Below, piece after piece: positions 38,642 to 52,020 of a stretch of DNA of 64,000 nt. This DNA comes from Marsupella aquatica (taxonomy: Eukaryota > Plantae > Marchantiophyta), in NCBI GenBank assembly GCA_973895155.1, contig OZ316897.1, forward strand, positions 6,275,327 through 6,339,326. The letters run 5' to 3'. A model generated the notes under the pieces. The model did not search any database, had not been told where the DNA came from, and saw nothing but the letters and a program-made list of their open reading frames with translations. The position numbers were made by a program, and so were the translations under genes. The stretch's first letter is position 1. Every line of letters begins with the position of its first letter.

Positions 38642-41600
38642 ATGATCTCCCAGGAGGAAATTGGGTTTAAGTCTTCGCAAGAGTCGAGATTTTCTCCTCC
38701 CAAGCAGAGGGCCAGCAGCGTCCAAGCTGTAGGCACTGCTCCAGGGGGCCTAATTTATGACCCTGCTTCGGGGAGCTTGCGTTATCCAAGGTTCACTCAA
38801 TTGCCAGCAGGCCTGAAGAACGAGAAGCAAGGGAGCAATGTGGCGTTTTCAATTCATGCCAGTGGTGGTGGTGGCGTTGTCGAGAAAAGTAATAGCTGCA
38901 AAATAGTAGGAGAGAAGCACAACGGATTGCTGCATGGAGGTCCCTTCGCCCATCAAAGTGCTGGTACTGTAGAGATCAACAAACTTCTCTTCGAAATTCT
39001 ATAGTCTTAAAACAATGAATCGGTCACTGTCAGTGCACGGTCCTGACCCTGCGACGTTTCTTTGCATGGCTATGCATTATTTCTGTTCAAGCTCCAGCGT
39101 TCTGCCACTGTCGATGTCGGTCAGCTTGTGGTACGAGATTTCGTGTATGGCTTTGCATTTATATCAGTCGAGGTCGAGAAAGCTCATTCAGCGCGGCCAG
39201 TTGACAACCTTCCAGTCGTAGTTTCATTGATGTCTATGATTGGGCTCCTCCTAAGTCACCAGCAATGTGTGATTGGCAATGTCTCTAACATGGCAAGTCT
39301 CAATTGCAGAATCAAGTCCGAGGTGTGTAATCGGCAATTCGATTTTGGATAGCAGCTCGTCTACCAGCCCCTCGGGATCAAAGTCTATGAGTGAGATGGA
39401 CGATTACTCCGATGTAAAGCAACTAATCGCCCACAACCGAAGTTCTTCTCCATCCGACGCCGATGACGACCCGTTCTACAGTTCCTCAAATATTCAAAAG
39501 GTGGTGTCTATCATGCTGCCCTTCTGGATGTTCTGCTGCTCATTTCAGCTCTCAATAACCTGCAATTCCTTCACTCCACTATGATTCTATATGTCTTCCG
39601 ATCCCGGTAAGGTGTACCGCACGAGTCTACTCTGTCTGCTCTCTTTTACAGCGTGTCCTGATTACCTTTTCTGACAGAGGTAAGTCGTTTTGCAGGGTTT
39701 GCCTGCGCCCAGCTTTCGACCTTCAGACTCTACTCGTGACTCCGTACGGCAGAAGAATCTCAAAGGTAGAGTGCCCCGACATACATTGCACTCATATCGC
39801 TCATATTCATGCCGGATGCCTGTATGTTGGTTCTTACACGAAAAATTGCGCACTTCACGGCAATATTTTTCTCTGTGGCTTCTGGACTCGATTGGAAACG
39901 AGTAGAAATGAAAAGTTTAATGTCTGAGCATTACCTTCTTCGTCATTAAGCATGGCAGTCCGAGGATGACAAGAATGGCTCTCAGATTATGTTGGTATGT
40001 GTTTTGTTCATCGTTTTGGCGCGAATACAGAGATTGTAGATGTGGGGCAGAAAATTTACCTACTTAATGGTAACCACCACACACGAAGCATCTCAACGTC
40101 ATCAGTGCCAGGGGTGGACTCGTTTCAGAAATTTGTTAGCAGAGATCAAGGCGCATTGCAGCATGATGCTTTGGAACTGGAATCGATCCAGGACAACAAT
40201 GCAGGGTCCACAGATGCAATTCTTCCAGGCCGTTCTTCTATTGACAACGCTATGATGGATTCTAGAGGCGGGCTAGTTGGTCCCAATGCGAAATCGAGAG
40301 GTCAATTACCACTCTGTCGACGGTGTTCTCCGTTTGGATACTGTCTTATTTTGAAATATTTCGTTAAGCTGCTCTGTTGAACAATCATAATTGATGTTCA
40401 AAAGTGTTGCGCACTGCAGGTGGAAGTGGTCTACGTAGCTCTCAATCCCACGAGCTCTTACGAGTAAAGGACAACGGATGGGGAGGTGAAAACAGAGAGG
40501 GGAACCACATTCATGCCGCAGCTACAATGAAAAATTCCTCTCTGGATCCCATTCTGGAAAGTCTCATGAAAGCGTCGATCATGAAAGACGGTGCCCAATT
40601 CAGGTATCAGCAGAACCAGATTGCGGAGAAGATCGAAGAGATGAAGAGGAAGAACGCAATGAAGGCATCCTTACAGAGTAGTAGCTTTTCACATGGTGGG
40701 ACTGGGGCATTCTCGTTCAACCAAACTCACATAGCTCGAGTGAGCGATGCAGATTTACTAGACTTTGAAAACAATTACGATACTATTAGCAATTCTAGTT
40801 TCGACTTTAATAGGGGAGGTGATATTAAAGGTGTGCACAGAACGGTGTTGACGAACTTTGCCAAGCCCGCCCCATCGAAATGGGACGACGCAGAAAAATG
40901 GCTATCCAGTGAACCACCAGCGAAAGCGAAGAGTGGGGCTATGGCACCAGGACCGCTGGCCCTCTCAAAGAAGGCAGCTTTCTTGAATCAAGCAGGGCGA
41001 CTCATTCCTAATATTAGCAACCTTGCGAAGCTCGCGACACCGACCAACTCCGGTTCAGAGGCCTCATCGTCGGTGGGTGATGTGGCAATGGCGAGTAACA
41101 ACGCTGGAGAGGAGGTCACCAAGTCCGACGAGGACCGCTTGAAAGGTGAGTTGACGAAGAAAATTGACCCCAGCGCAAAATTTGTCACGAATAACGACGA
41201 GGCAGCAGGTCCAGTTGGTGCGTCGAGGTTTGTGTTCTTGCCAGCAGCCACAGCTGCACCTCCCGGATCTCAGCAGACGGGGACGAATACTGCTGGCTCG
41301 TTGGATCGGTATCCTCTGGACGACCTCTTCGGGCGTGACAAGGGGGATGCCAAGGATGGAAGCACTTCTCCCGATCCTTCTGAACTGAATCTGCTGGATC
41401 CTGCTCTCCGCACGGAGAAACCTACTTCTGACTCGCCTCCCAAAGGTGACTGGCTAGGATTGTGAGCATTGGAGCATTGTGATCTTTTACTCATTCGTTT
41501 CGAGTGATGCCCCTGTGCTGCAAGGAATGAACTATGACGGCTAGATCTTGCTAATGGACTGAATTCGATTACAGTATCATTGATTGAAATATCATCGCTG

Positions 41601-44234
41601 ATCTGGCTGTTCATCCGTCTTACCGTGGTGGGTGTCCACCATTTAGTGTCATGTGAAGAGAGCTGGGACATTCCGGTTGAATTCTGATGTCAGTAGCGGG
41701 AAACTAATAATTGGTGTACCGTTGGTGGATCGACCTCACCTGCATGGTAATGTTTGTCCGTCATTGTCAACTGACTGTAATTTATGGATTGTTGATCGTT
41801 ATTCAGATGATGCGTCGTCCAAGCTGGAGGTTACGAAAACCGACCAAGCTGCCCTTCCCATCGATGCAGCACCGATAGTTTGCATGAGAGACATGGGAAC
41901 GGCAATGACACCTATAGCGAGCGTGGAGCCCTCTAGGGCTCCGACTCCTGTGTGTGTGAGGACGCCAAGCATGCGAAGTCCGTCTTCCTCTCGTCCTGCG
42001 ACACCTAGTAGGGTCGCACCCACATCTACACCAACCAGTGAAACTGAGAAGAAAGTTCATTACACTGACAAAGAGCTTCAGTCGAAAACTCGACAAGAGA
42101 TTTTGGCACTCGGGACTCAGCTCGGAAAGCATAATATCGCTGCGTGGGCAACCAAAGAAGAAGAGGAAGAGGATGCGTTCAAGAGTTTGAAGAACAACGT
42201 AGACTTAGAAGAAGTGAGGAAGAATGTGATTGCTACTCGCGCAGCGGCCTGGGAGGAAGCAGAACAGGCCAAATATTTGGCGAGGTGTGTCCTTCCCTTC
42301 CTGCGTGCTTCATGTGTGTCAAATGGGTCGACATTCGGCTTTCTCTCAAATTAAATAATCATGCTTTTGTCTTTGCTGAGATTCCCTATCTCCTCCTTAG
42401 TGCGATGATGGAAAGTGTTGTTAGGAAACCGTATTGGACGAAATTGGAAAGGTTGTGAATGCAGCCCGATCTAGATTGTCACCTAGGGCAAGCTGGATTG
42501 ATATCCGTCCAATCAAATACTCTCCCGTGGTGACGTCTTCCAGGTTCAAGAGGGAGGAGGCAAAAATTCTTGCATGGGAAAATCACGAGAAGGCGAAAGC
42601 AGAGGCTGAAATGAGGAGAATAGAGGTTAGTGGGCCCCAATCCATTTTTGCATGGTTATTGAGCAGATAGGTCGGCAAGAAGGATAGACGGACGTATGCT
42701 GTCTTTTGGATGGAATTCAATAAGACCTTTCAAGCCAAAAAGAAGGATAGATGGAAAAGGCAACACCTGCTTTACTGTTCCCAACCAGCTCCAGACACGC
42801 CACGACGGAAAAGCAGCGTGAGTGAGCTTTCCCACGGCCGTTTACCCGTGGTAGGATGAAAAGCCAGCGACCGCATTCATCACGGTAAGTATATGAATAT
42901 ATGATGGACGACGAGGAGATAGTGTACCCATCACGATCTTACTAATATTAGTCCCAAGAAATTTCTCCGACTGAGAAGGGCTTGCTTTCTGAACCCCTTC
43001 CGCTGTAGTTTTCATAAATCCAGCTAAGAGAGACTCATAACGCTTCGCTATTGTAGATTGATCAGATATGTACGTAACGTGCCTGCCCACAATGATTTCC
43101 TCTGCCTGACCAATCAATCCCCCTCCGTCCACATTTCGAAAGTAACGTCCGCCTTCCCATCATGGCTTCAACTTCATGCCCTCTGAATCGATACCCTCTG
43201 ATTGAATCGATTTGATTTGTCCCCTCCTCAGCGTGGTAAAAAAGTAATTCACTGTCCTTTCGAGGATATGAGTGCAATGTCGGTGTTATCTCGATGTAGA
43301 AAACTTATACTTCTCTCGACCACATTTATTTTCTTTCGATCAATCAATGCGTGTACTGATGTTTAGCGTGCCAAGTCTTCTATGTTTCCTTGCCGCTCTG
43401 GTTGTCGCCATCTCCACTTATTTAAAATGACTTTCTGGCCTGATATTCACTCATGGATGGATGGATGCTGGAGGCCTTCTGCTTGGTTTATTCGTAAGCA
43501 TTGAAGTGACATGAAGAGAATTATGTAGCTGATGCCTAAGGTAGGTCTTTTTTGTTAATCTGCCGGTCCTGTGTCAGGGCTGTGCCGTCGTCCCTTGAAG
43601 GAATAATGAAGCGAAAACCTTTTTTATTAGCAGGGAGTCGTAATAGTAGAGTTGTAAACGCTTGCTGATCAGTGGATCTTAAATTAGTGGCGAACGAACG
43701 ACATACGGTTTAGTTACCCACTAAACAATTTTTCTGCCGGCGAAATCGAGGTGTCCATCCTGACCGAAAGTAGCCCCTCGCTGTAATGCCACGAAGAGAA
43801 TTAATTGGTGGCGCTCTCGATTTTGAAGTATTAGAGTCCTTGCTGAGTTCGTAATAAATTGAAGAAACTGAAGATGTTTCATATTGTCGAAGCAAGGGCT
43901 CAGTGAAAATCTTCATTTCTGATGACTATCCGATCTGCAGCTTTTTTTTGGAATTAACTATTGTAAATTACATCGGATGAGTTCTAAGTTTAGACGTATC
44001 TAACTCGATCTACTGTTTGATGACAAGCAGATGAGAATTGAAAGAATGAGGTCACATGCGAATGAGAAGCTAATGAACAAACTAGCTGCCACTAGACGTT
44101 CGGCCGAGGAGATGCGTGCCACTGCTGCAGCTCGGCGCGGAGAGCAGGCCTCAAAGACCTCACAACGTGCTGAGTACATCAGGCGGACAGGGAAAGTGCC
44201 CGGCTCCATGTTTGCCAGCTTCTGCTGCTCTTGA
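38642..44234 (+). CDS. Long remorin-family protein, ~877 aa
   Basis: Phase-consistent exons 38642-38963, 39310-39500, 39696-39765, 40040-40300, 40420-41445, 41807-42284, 42544-42625, 44031-44234 (2634 nt). Motifs PSKWDDAEKW, RDMGTAMTPIAS.EPSR, RAAAWEEAE.AKY.ARFKREEAKI.AWENHEKAKAEAEMR and a C-terminal FASFCCS. The 5' exons are less certain than the Remorin_C exons. Confidence 0.85.
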
Positions 44235-46041
44235 TTGATTAAATTTATGCCAGATATGCGAAGCACTGTCCCACCACAACGTTGGGTGGATGCCCGTCCA
44301 CTTGAATGGACGTTCCGAATGTTGATTTAGCATTTAGCTTCTGTGCAGGAAATCTTGCGAAAATGCTGTCGTACCAAAGTAGGGACAGTGGTTACTGGTT
44401 AGGTCGATCTTTCCAGGTATATTTCCGAAAATTAGTGTTGGACGAAAGGACGTTGGCTATTCGCAATACCGTCGTTTTATGGCAGAGGTTATTTCAGCGT
44501 TTCATGGTCCCCGTCTGGTTTCACATTTCTACATAGATTGTTTTACCACTGCAGTTAATACCAGGCGATCGATACCCTCTGGTAGGATTCAGTTTTTGTA
44601 CCTAATGTGATGCGCAATCGAATTCGTCAACTTTTTGCAAGTTATTCCCCAGAGGCTCAACCCCTGTTGGAGAGCCTGTATCACTTAATTAAGTCAACAG
44701 ACCGTCGGTCCCCTTTCTTTCGAACGCATAATTATGGGCACACATCGCATCGCAATGATTCCCTCAGCTATAACTTCCTTCTACGAACTCTTTCCAACTA
44801 CGAGTAGTGAGGTACCGGACGAGTACGGTAAATAAGTAATCCGAGAGCGTACAATAATACAGTGTGCGTAAGTGCAACATGCAAGCAAACCGGACAAATA
44901 CTTCCGTTGTAGTTTGCCTCTTCGCTAGTACACTTAGTCCCTAGCTAACCAAAACCTGGTTAGTAAAACACAATTTGGGGACTCACTTTTTGGTAATAAA
45001 TTTGCTAGTAATATGAGAATCTTTAGAAATGCACTAGAAATAGTCAGCAGGAAACAACATAGGAATCTTGAAAATGCACTAATAATAAATTTTTTTTAAA
45101 TGCATGTAATTTCAGAAATGACTAAAAACACAAAATTAGTGCCCCCCCCCCCCCCCCCCCAACCCAAAAAAAAAAAACATGAAGAACCACTTGCTAGTTA
45201 TGAGCATGCTTGACCAGAAGATTTAGTGATATAAATATTTATGGATCCCCATGAAAGTTCTTTCTAAAATTCCTGGATGCATATGCAGTCACATCAGCAT
45301 GATTTCTCACAAGTCCTATCTCTAAAGGTAGTGATTGCCTTGGTGAAATTTTTGCAAAATGTATTGGAGAAAGAACCTATCTTTGAACTTGTTTGACCAG
45401 GCATGGCCTGTGGCTTTTCTTTAACAAAAATGGCACTAAAGTTTTTCAAACAAACACCAACACAACTAAAAGTCCATGAGGCATATACAGATCTTTTGGC
45501 CTAGATAAGCTTTTAGAAGACTCCCAATGAATTTTTGGTGATGTAGCTCTTTGTGTTTATATTGGCATGCACAAGACAGTTTGCGATTTCTCCTTAACTT
45601 GGGTTTTAGAAGATTCATGATAAAATTCCAGTGATGTAAAATCTTTGTGTTGTGACCGAGATCAAGTTGAGCTTCTTGAGGTGTATGCTTGATGGGACCC
45701 CTGCTAAAGCAACGTACATGATAGGCCCTTATGGAACTTTTGTTACAAACTAGGCCCCCTCTGACACTTTTGTGTCAGATGTTCTTGTAAAGTTCTTGTA
45801 AGGAGTTTTAGCTTGATATTATCACCAATAAAAGTTACTATAAAATTTAGAGTCAAACTACGCTGAATGACAAACAACACCGTTGGGGGAACCACAAAAT
45901 TTCTACCATACCGTCCGTCCTTAGGTTGCGTCACGCAGATGATGCATAGGGTTTGCATGATGTTTTGGTGTTTCTCTTTGGTCCTTTGTCTAAATATGGA
46001 AGAAATCCTCTACTTTTAGCCATTGGCCCCTGTTACAACAG

Positions 46042-46338
46042 TCAAAAATTGTCCAAAGTGTGGAACAAAGACAACATGGATGTTGTTGTTTCACATCTAG
46101 GCCCCAAATTTGTCTTAGTATGGAAGTAACCAAGGATCTTTTACTTTTGGCTGTTTGCCCTTTTGTGACTTTCAAAAATTGTCTAAGTGTGAAACAAAGA
46201 CAACATGGATGTTGTTGTTTCACATCTAGACCCCAAATTTGTCTTAGTATGGAAGTAACCAAGGATCTTTTACTTTTGGCTGTTTGCCCTTTTGTGACTT
46301 TCAAAAATTGTCTAAGTGTGAAACAAAGACAACATGGA
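46042..46338. repeat. 129-bp tandem repeat, ~2.3 copies, near identical
   Basis: ACAACATGGA at 46071, 46200 and 46329. Confidence 0.9.
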
Positions 46339-47036
46339 GTCAATCCTAACAAGGAAATTTTGCTATCCTGCAAGAAATGGACTAAATGTTTAGACTAAAT
46401 ATTCTACAAACCTGCTATCATGTCGGAGGCGGATCCTCTAAAACTCTATAATTAGGTGAAGACATAATTCATTATGTCTTCAAGCATAGAGGTACATGCA
46501 GTGGCCTATGACGCGGGTCCGGTGGAAAATGTATGGTTGACCATGTAATTAGGCACCACATAAAAAACATTTGTACATGACCTATGTAGGGGGATCTAGT
46601 TTGTAACAACATTTGTGGAGGTATTTGCTTGATCAACCCCCAGAATGAAAGTTGTTATTTGATCGACCCCCTGAGGTTTATCAATGGTCCAGATCTGAGA
46701 TCGAAAGGACCATCAATGGTCCAGATTGGAGAAAAATATTGAGGGGGCTGATTAAGCAAACTGTTTCCAGAAGGGGGTCTACTAAGCACATCTCTCAACA
46801 TTTGTGTGGGGGACTTAATTTGTAATAAAAGTTGGACTATCACATAAATTTATTCTGGCAAAAGTACCATCAAGCATATACCTCTAACATTACTCCATAG
46901 CGTAATTTTTAGAACTCTAGAATACTTACAAGGAAAGTTAACTTTCAAAGTAACCCATGGGAGTTCAAGGGTTATAGACTCGAACCCTTTGGGCTTACAG
47001 GTGAGAACCCTCCACCTATGGGTTACCCTGCACGAG

Positions 47037-47162
47037 GTAAGTCATTCGAATCAACTGAGGTCTGATCACCAGTAAAAACCGTACCACCTATCCAAATTCC
47101 TACACGTAAGTCATTCGAATCAACTGAGGTCTAATCACCACTGAAAACCGTACCACCTATCC
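47037..47162. repeat. 69-bp-period tandem duplication
   Basis: GTAAGTCATTCGAATCAACTGAGGTCT.ATCACCA.T.AAAACCGTACCACCTATCC occurs twice. Confidence 0.85.
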
Positions 47163-48458
47163 TATGAGTCTGCAATGAACAACTGGAACAATCGAAGTTA
47201 TTGACGTCCTTGTTACTGTCACTCACTCACTCTGGTCGGTCTGGTCCCCTTTGTACCGTACGGTATTGTCGGATATGGTCACTTTGACCAGACCTTGGAG
47301 TTCAAAGACTGTCAGTCTGCCAGGAATCGAACATGAAGACAATTTAGTAGTGGCCCAAACTGGACTCAGTATTACTGTATTTTGTAGGGCTGAAGCGGAG
47401 AGAGGTCATGTACACTGGACGAATGAGTGACAGATGATGAGTTGAGTAAACCCAATCTGGCACTCACCCCACATCTTGGCAGACATGCCACATTTTTGTC
47501 TGATCGGTAACTTTGTGTGCTTGCCCAGTGCCATGCTTCCAGCAAATTCACGGCAGCCATTTACGACTATATTAGCGTTGGACTAGCATGGTACCGTTGA
47601 CGATAATGCTGCACTTTCGCAGTGTTCACGCTTTGCAGGTGAAGTACTAAGTTGTATCGTTGGAGTTGAACCTGACCTACAATTTTCACCCTTCCCCTGT
47701 GGAATTCTTGACTTCGTGCTCCAGACTGGGCATGCATGTGCAAGTCGCAAATAATTCTGCGTTTGCTCTTCGAACTGAAGGCGCTCATAAATTAAACCGA
47801 CATGTGGTGCCTAACTGAACCATGTGCATGCAATTTTTAGTGGGGGTCGTGTGTCCGACTTTGAAGCTGACATGTGAGTTGTCCACGGCCCACTTGCATT
47901 AACTAAATCTCCCCTGTTGTGCTCTCCTGTTCACTTTATTTTGTGCACAATGATGGATTTAATGAAGGTCCAATCTAGAAGGTGTAGAATTGAAGATGTT
48001 ACGAAGTACGAGTATTGTATACCCCTTATCGTTGACACTGCCATATGGCACCTATTCAGTATTTTGTCTTCTTAAGATTTTTTCTGTGTATTTTTGTTTC
48101 AATATGCTATAACAGGTGCATTTCGTGTATGACTTAGATTCTAAATTATTTTGGCATCTTTTTAAATTTTGCTACCCGTAGCACTCCTTTCTCAGTGTAT
48201 TTAGATTTCAATAGAGTGAAACCAAGCCCTTTAGCAAATTTCATGGAATTTGTGCCAATGCAAAAATAATCTATCTCTTCTCCTCAATGAGAGACATGAT
48301 ACCTAGAATGTGGACACCTCCTGTTTTAAGTTATGCTCATGCTTAGGGTATTCTCTTGTGTGGAAAACTTTTGATTGATTTGGGTGTCAAGAGGGCAAGT
48401 GAGAATCTGAAACTTATGTGCACAACTTTTCAAGACTCGAGCACTTGAGACTTGAGCA

Positions 48459-48817
48459 TGTTAGTATTTACTCTTAGGTTTAGAATTATGACTGTACCAT
48501 CATTAGGGCTAACTTTAGTCGCAGACTAGGTTAGGTTAGTCATGTTGTGCACACTCTATACCCAAATGGTGTTTGCTTGGAGAGTAGGAACTCGAGCTCA
48601 TTGTTATGAAGCCAGTTTAGAGATAGGGACAGCTTGTGCTGTGGATGCTTGGTATGGTCGGTCGGCCTAGAGCGCAATAAAGCTCTAGTGTGTTCCCGTG
48701 GACGTAGCCTCATGTGAAGGTGAACCACGTATCTCTTTGTGTCGACTCTTGTGCATTGGATGGTTCATGGGCTTGCCGTTACAATTGTCCTCTATGCTCG
48801 ACAATTGGTATCAGAGC
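48459..48817 (+). mobile_element. Copia 5' LTR (48459-48803) plus tRNA-iMet primer-binding site
   Basis: TGTTAG...CTCGACA, then AT and TGGTATCAGAGC (48806-48817); same family as the LTR at 5717. Confidence 0.9.
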
Positions 48818-49536
48818 ATGTCTGGGAGGTGACCATGAGGTTATTTTGTGACGATTTTCCAGTGTTCAATGTTGGTGTTGCATTCGGAGTTTTGTCACAT
48901 GAAACTTGAATGTGTGTGGCTGAGCGGATATATTAGTGCTCAGAGGGATTTTTATCGGTGTATAGAACTCACTGATTGGTATCCGTGGTGCGGAGGAATC
49001 GGGGGAGGAATCAAAGTTCTTTTGTGTTCAACATTTTTTTGTGGGGAGAGACCAGAGTTTGTATTCTTGATGGTGTGAGCTGTGCAGTGCGTGAGGCGTC
49101 GCATGTTATAGCTCAAGTTGAAGATTGAAGTGAGCTTGTCATTTTGGTAGCTAAGTTGCTGCCGAATGGGTACCGAGTGCGTCATGACAAGTGAAAGAGG
49201 CATTCAGATTTTTTCACAGACTATGGAGCTTGTTCCCATCTAAACCGGGTTTCTTGTCGTCATGTCCAACTCGAAAGAAGAAATGTGAAGTGCTAGGGCT
49301 CAACAAAGAGATCATGACAAAGCGATCATTTTGAGTCGGGGATTTGCACTTGATGCGGAGAGAGTGAGACACGACAGAAGATTTTTCTCTGCTAAGCTTG
49401 CAGACTATGCCAGTGTAAATCGGCAACATTTCCCATCAGCGATCGTCTTTTTTCCTCGTGTAATCGGCGGCTGTTAAGGTGTGTAATTGGCAATTTTTCC
49501 ATTTAGGGTTGATTTTTGTTTAGAGGGAGTGGTGGA

Positions 49537-50902
49537 CCTTGCCACCCAGCGCCCTCACCAATCGCAACACTCACGACTAAGTGCCCCTGGTGCCCGAATG
49601 CCTCGACAGAATACTTTGAGCAAGCAACCTAGTGCCCCTAGCACAGTCCGCGGCCCCTCCCATACAAAGCCGCACTTGCTCTCCAACACGACCGCTACTC
49701 AACGGTCCTCATTGTCTGCACAAGCAACCAAGCACCTTGGTAAGTAACCCTTCAGGATCTAGAACTCATCAAATCTAACATCCTAACTCAAGCTCAACAG
49801 ACGTTGGTAAATAGGTCAGCGATAGGTCCTCCCGATGCCATAAGCCGGAACTAGAACCCACACCCACTGTTCGTCTAGAATAGCTCCTTCCTTGGGCGCG
49901 GCCTGGGTTCCCCCTTGTGCCTATCTATCACCAACTGACCGCTCCGACCCCAGGACATGCTCATGGCCCAAATAGCGTAGCTTGTCCTAAAGCTTGTCCC
50001 AACACTCCGGGACCAGAATGGCCCCGACTCTAGCAACCAACTCCCGATTCTGCTCCACTGATGGTCTAGGGGCCGAGCGCCCTTGGAACTCAACCTCCAT
50101 GCCTACTTGGCCTTGCCTCCCCAACGCAAGTTCCCTTGGGAGACTGAACGCGGCTTGGCTGCAGTTCGACAAGATTTGGCAAGCGGGCGAGCTAACACCC
50201 GCAAACCTCAAGAACTTATGGCACCCCTAGACCCAGTTGATCTCAAGAGGACGTAGCCCTCCTTGAAAGATTTCCAATGCACCCAAGAAGTCCTCCAACG
50301 GACTTCATGTTGGGAAGATATCGTCATTTTTTGGCGCTTTCCCTTAGTGTCGCCCCGAGTGTCTCGACCGCCGTGGCTCACGACTTCGGCTCGACCTTGG
50401 CCCCCAGGGAGACACCACTCCCCTCATATATGCTTCTGGAGACCTGGCACCCCCGGACCAACTTTGGTCCCTAAACATTTATCCTCCAACCCGGATCCCA
50501 TCGCGCATAGTGTCGTCACCAACTGGTAACGCCCCGGGTAATGCCCATAACTTTCTCGTTTGGCGTCCGCAAGCGGAGTGCCTTAGCCCGTTGTGATTGG
50601 GCCGACCCATTGCTCATGCCTAGGCCCTCAGGTCTCATCGCCGCTTGGGGTCCCCGATCGGCCAAACCCGGATCGGGCCCTAACTCACGCCCCAAGCGTC
50701 CGTTGCCCATGGCGTCAACTCCATTGGCCTTGGGCCCAAGAGGAGCTCACACTCAAGCCCTCAGAACTCAAAGTCTGTCTGGGGGCCCGGACGGTCGACC
50801 TTGAGTCTGGCCCCTTTCCCCTTGACCCGACCAGCTCTCAGCTCGCCTAAGTCCTTAGTGTGTGTCACCAGCTTGGCTCCTTGCCTTCGCTAGTGCCACG
50901 TC
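49537..50902. other. Unclassified GC-rich insertion that hosts the P-like element (resumes at 63801-~63822)
   Basis: Abrupt compositional shift after the Copia leader; no recognisable protein motif; the TSD GCCACGTC lies within it. Confidence 0.4.
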
Positions 50903-51619
50903 CCAGGGGTCCTCACTTAATTACTTCCGACCCATCACGCGCGAATAAGTATAGGGTTTTTTAATTCCATTTTGCAGAATACTTAAGAAGTTTTGTGCAA
51001 GAACTTTAGGGGTTCATAAATACATTTTGCAACTTTGAAGTACAATAGGGGTGCTAAAAACATCAATTCTTCAATATAAGTTGTAAGTTTAAGATAGGGC
51101 ATATTATTCAATAAAATATATGGGCGACACGCATCAATTTTTAACTGGTCCACGTTGCACTTCCTTGCATAAAGCTGGTTTAGGGGCAACATGTGGATTT
51201 CATGGCCAAAGTTTGAGAGCAAAATTCAAATTGTGAATGTGAGCGGGAGGTAGACAGTGAGGGGGAAAGGGCGAGGATCATGGGAGCAGGTTGGGGGCCA
51301 CTTAGGGCCATTGATCCAGTAGTATAGTGCCGTTTGGGGTAACATCGTGTGGCCATGCATTGGCCCACCCCGTCCATCAAGGAGTCCATTTGATGTTAGT
51401 CGCCGCGGCTGTCTAGGGTCTAATTTAGGGTAAAACGGGAAGCCATCCATCCATCCGTTTGTCGGGCCATCGATTGGCTATTGTTTGCCCTGGCAGTTTA
51501 GGCTAATGCGCAAACTTCCGATTGCTGCGTCATCTGAAGGAAAAAAATTCAGGGTGAGTCGTGGGAGTCTGGGGCTCGATGCTGCCTCGATACTTTTCCA
51601 AGGAAATGCATTCATGCTG

Positions 51620-52020
51620 CAGGGTGCTATGATCGTGCTCGATTGACATTGACATTGGGACTTTGATTGGGCAAGGCACTATTGGGCAAGGCTATGATCA
51701 ATTGGAGGGGGGGGGAGCAACTCTGGATCAAGCTGCTGTGATCGATCGGGAGGGGGACTCAAGATCAAGCTGCGACGATCGATTGGGAGGCGGCTGTGAT
51801 TGGGGGTGAGATTTGATTGGGCTGCTGTCGAGGCTGCTGTGATCGGGCGAAGCTGTGATCAGGCTACTTTAGATCCTGCTGCTATGATCAGGAGGCAGTT
51901 TTGAGTTTGGCTACTGTGATCCGCTGCTGTGATCGGGCTGCTTTGATCGAGGGCAAATCTGTGATCGGGCGCAGCTGTGATTGGCCGAGTTTGGATCTGC
52001 CGTGGTGCTATGATCAGGCG
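51620..52020 (+). repeat. Array of about a dozen GCT(G/A)TGAT(C/T)-like motifs in the transposon 5' region
   Basis: Copies near 51625, 51691, 51735, 51792, 51836, 51852, 51881, 51926, 51958, 51974 and 52007; followed by a splice donor CAG|GTACGT at 52110/52111. Confidence 0.7.

Noticed and set aside
45990-46398. Cys-rich repeat proteins on both strands
   Set aside because: Translations of the 129-bp tandem repeat, whose length is divisible by 3.
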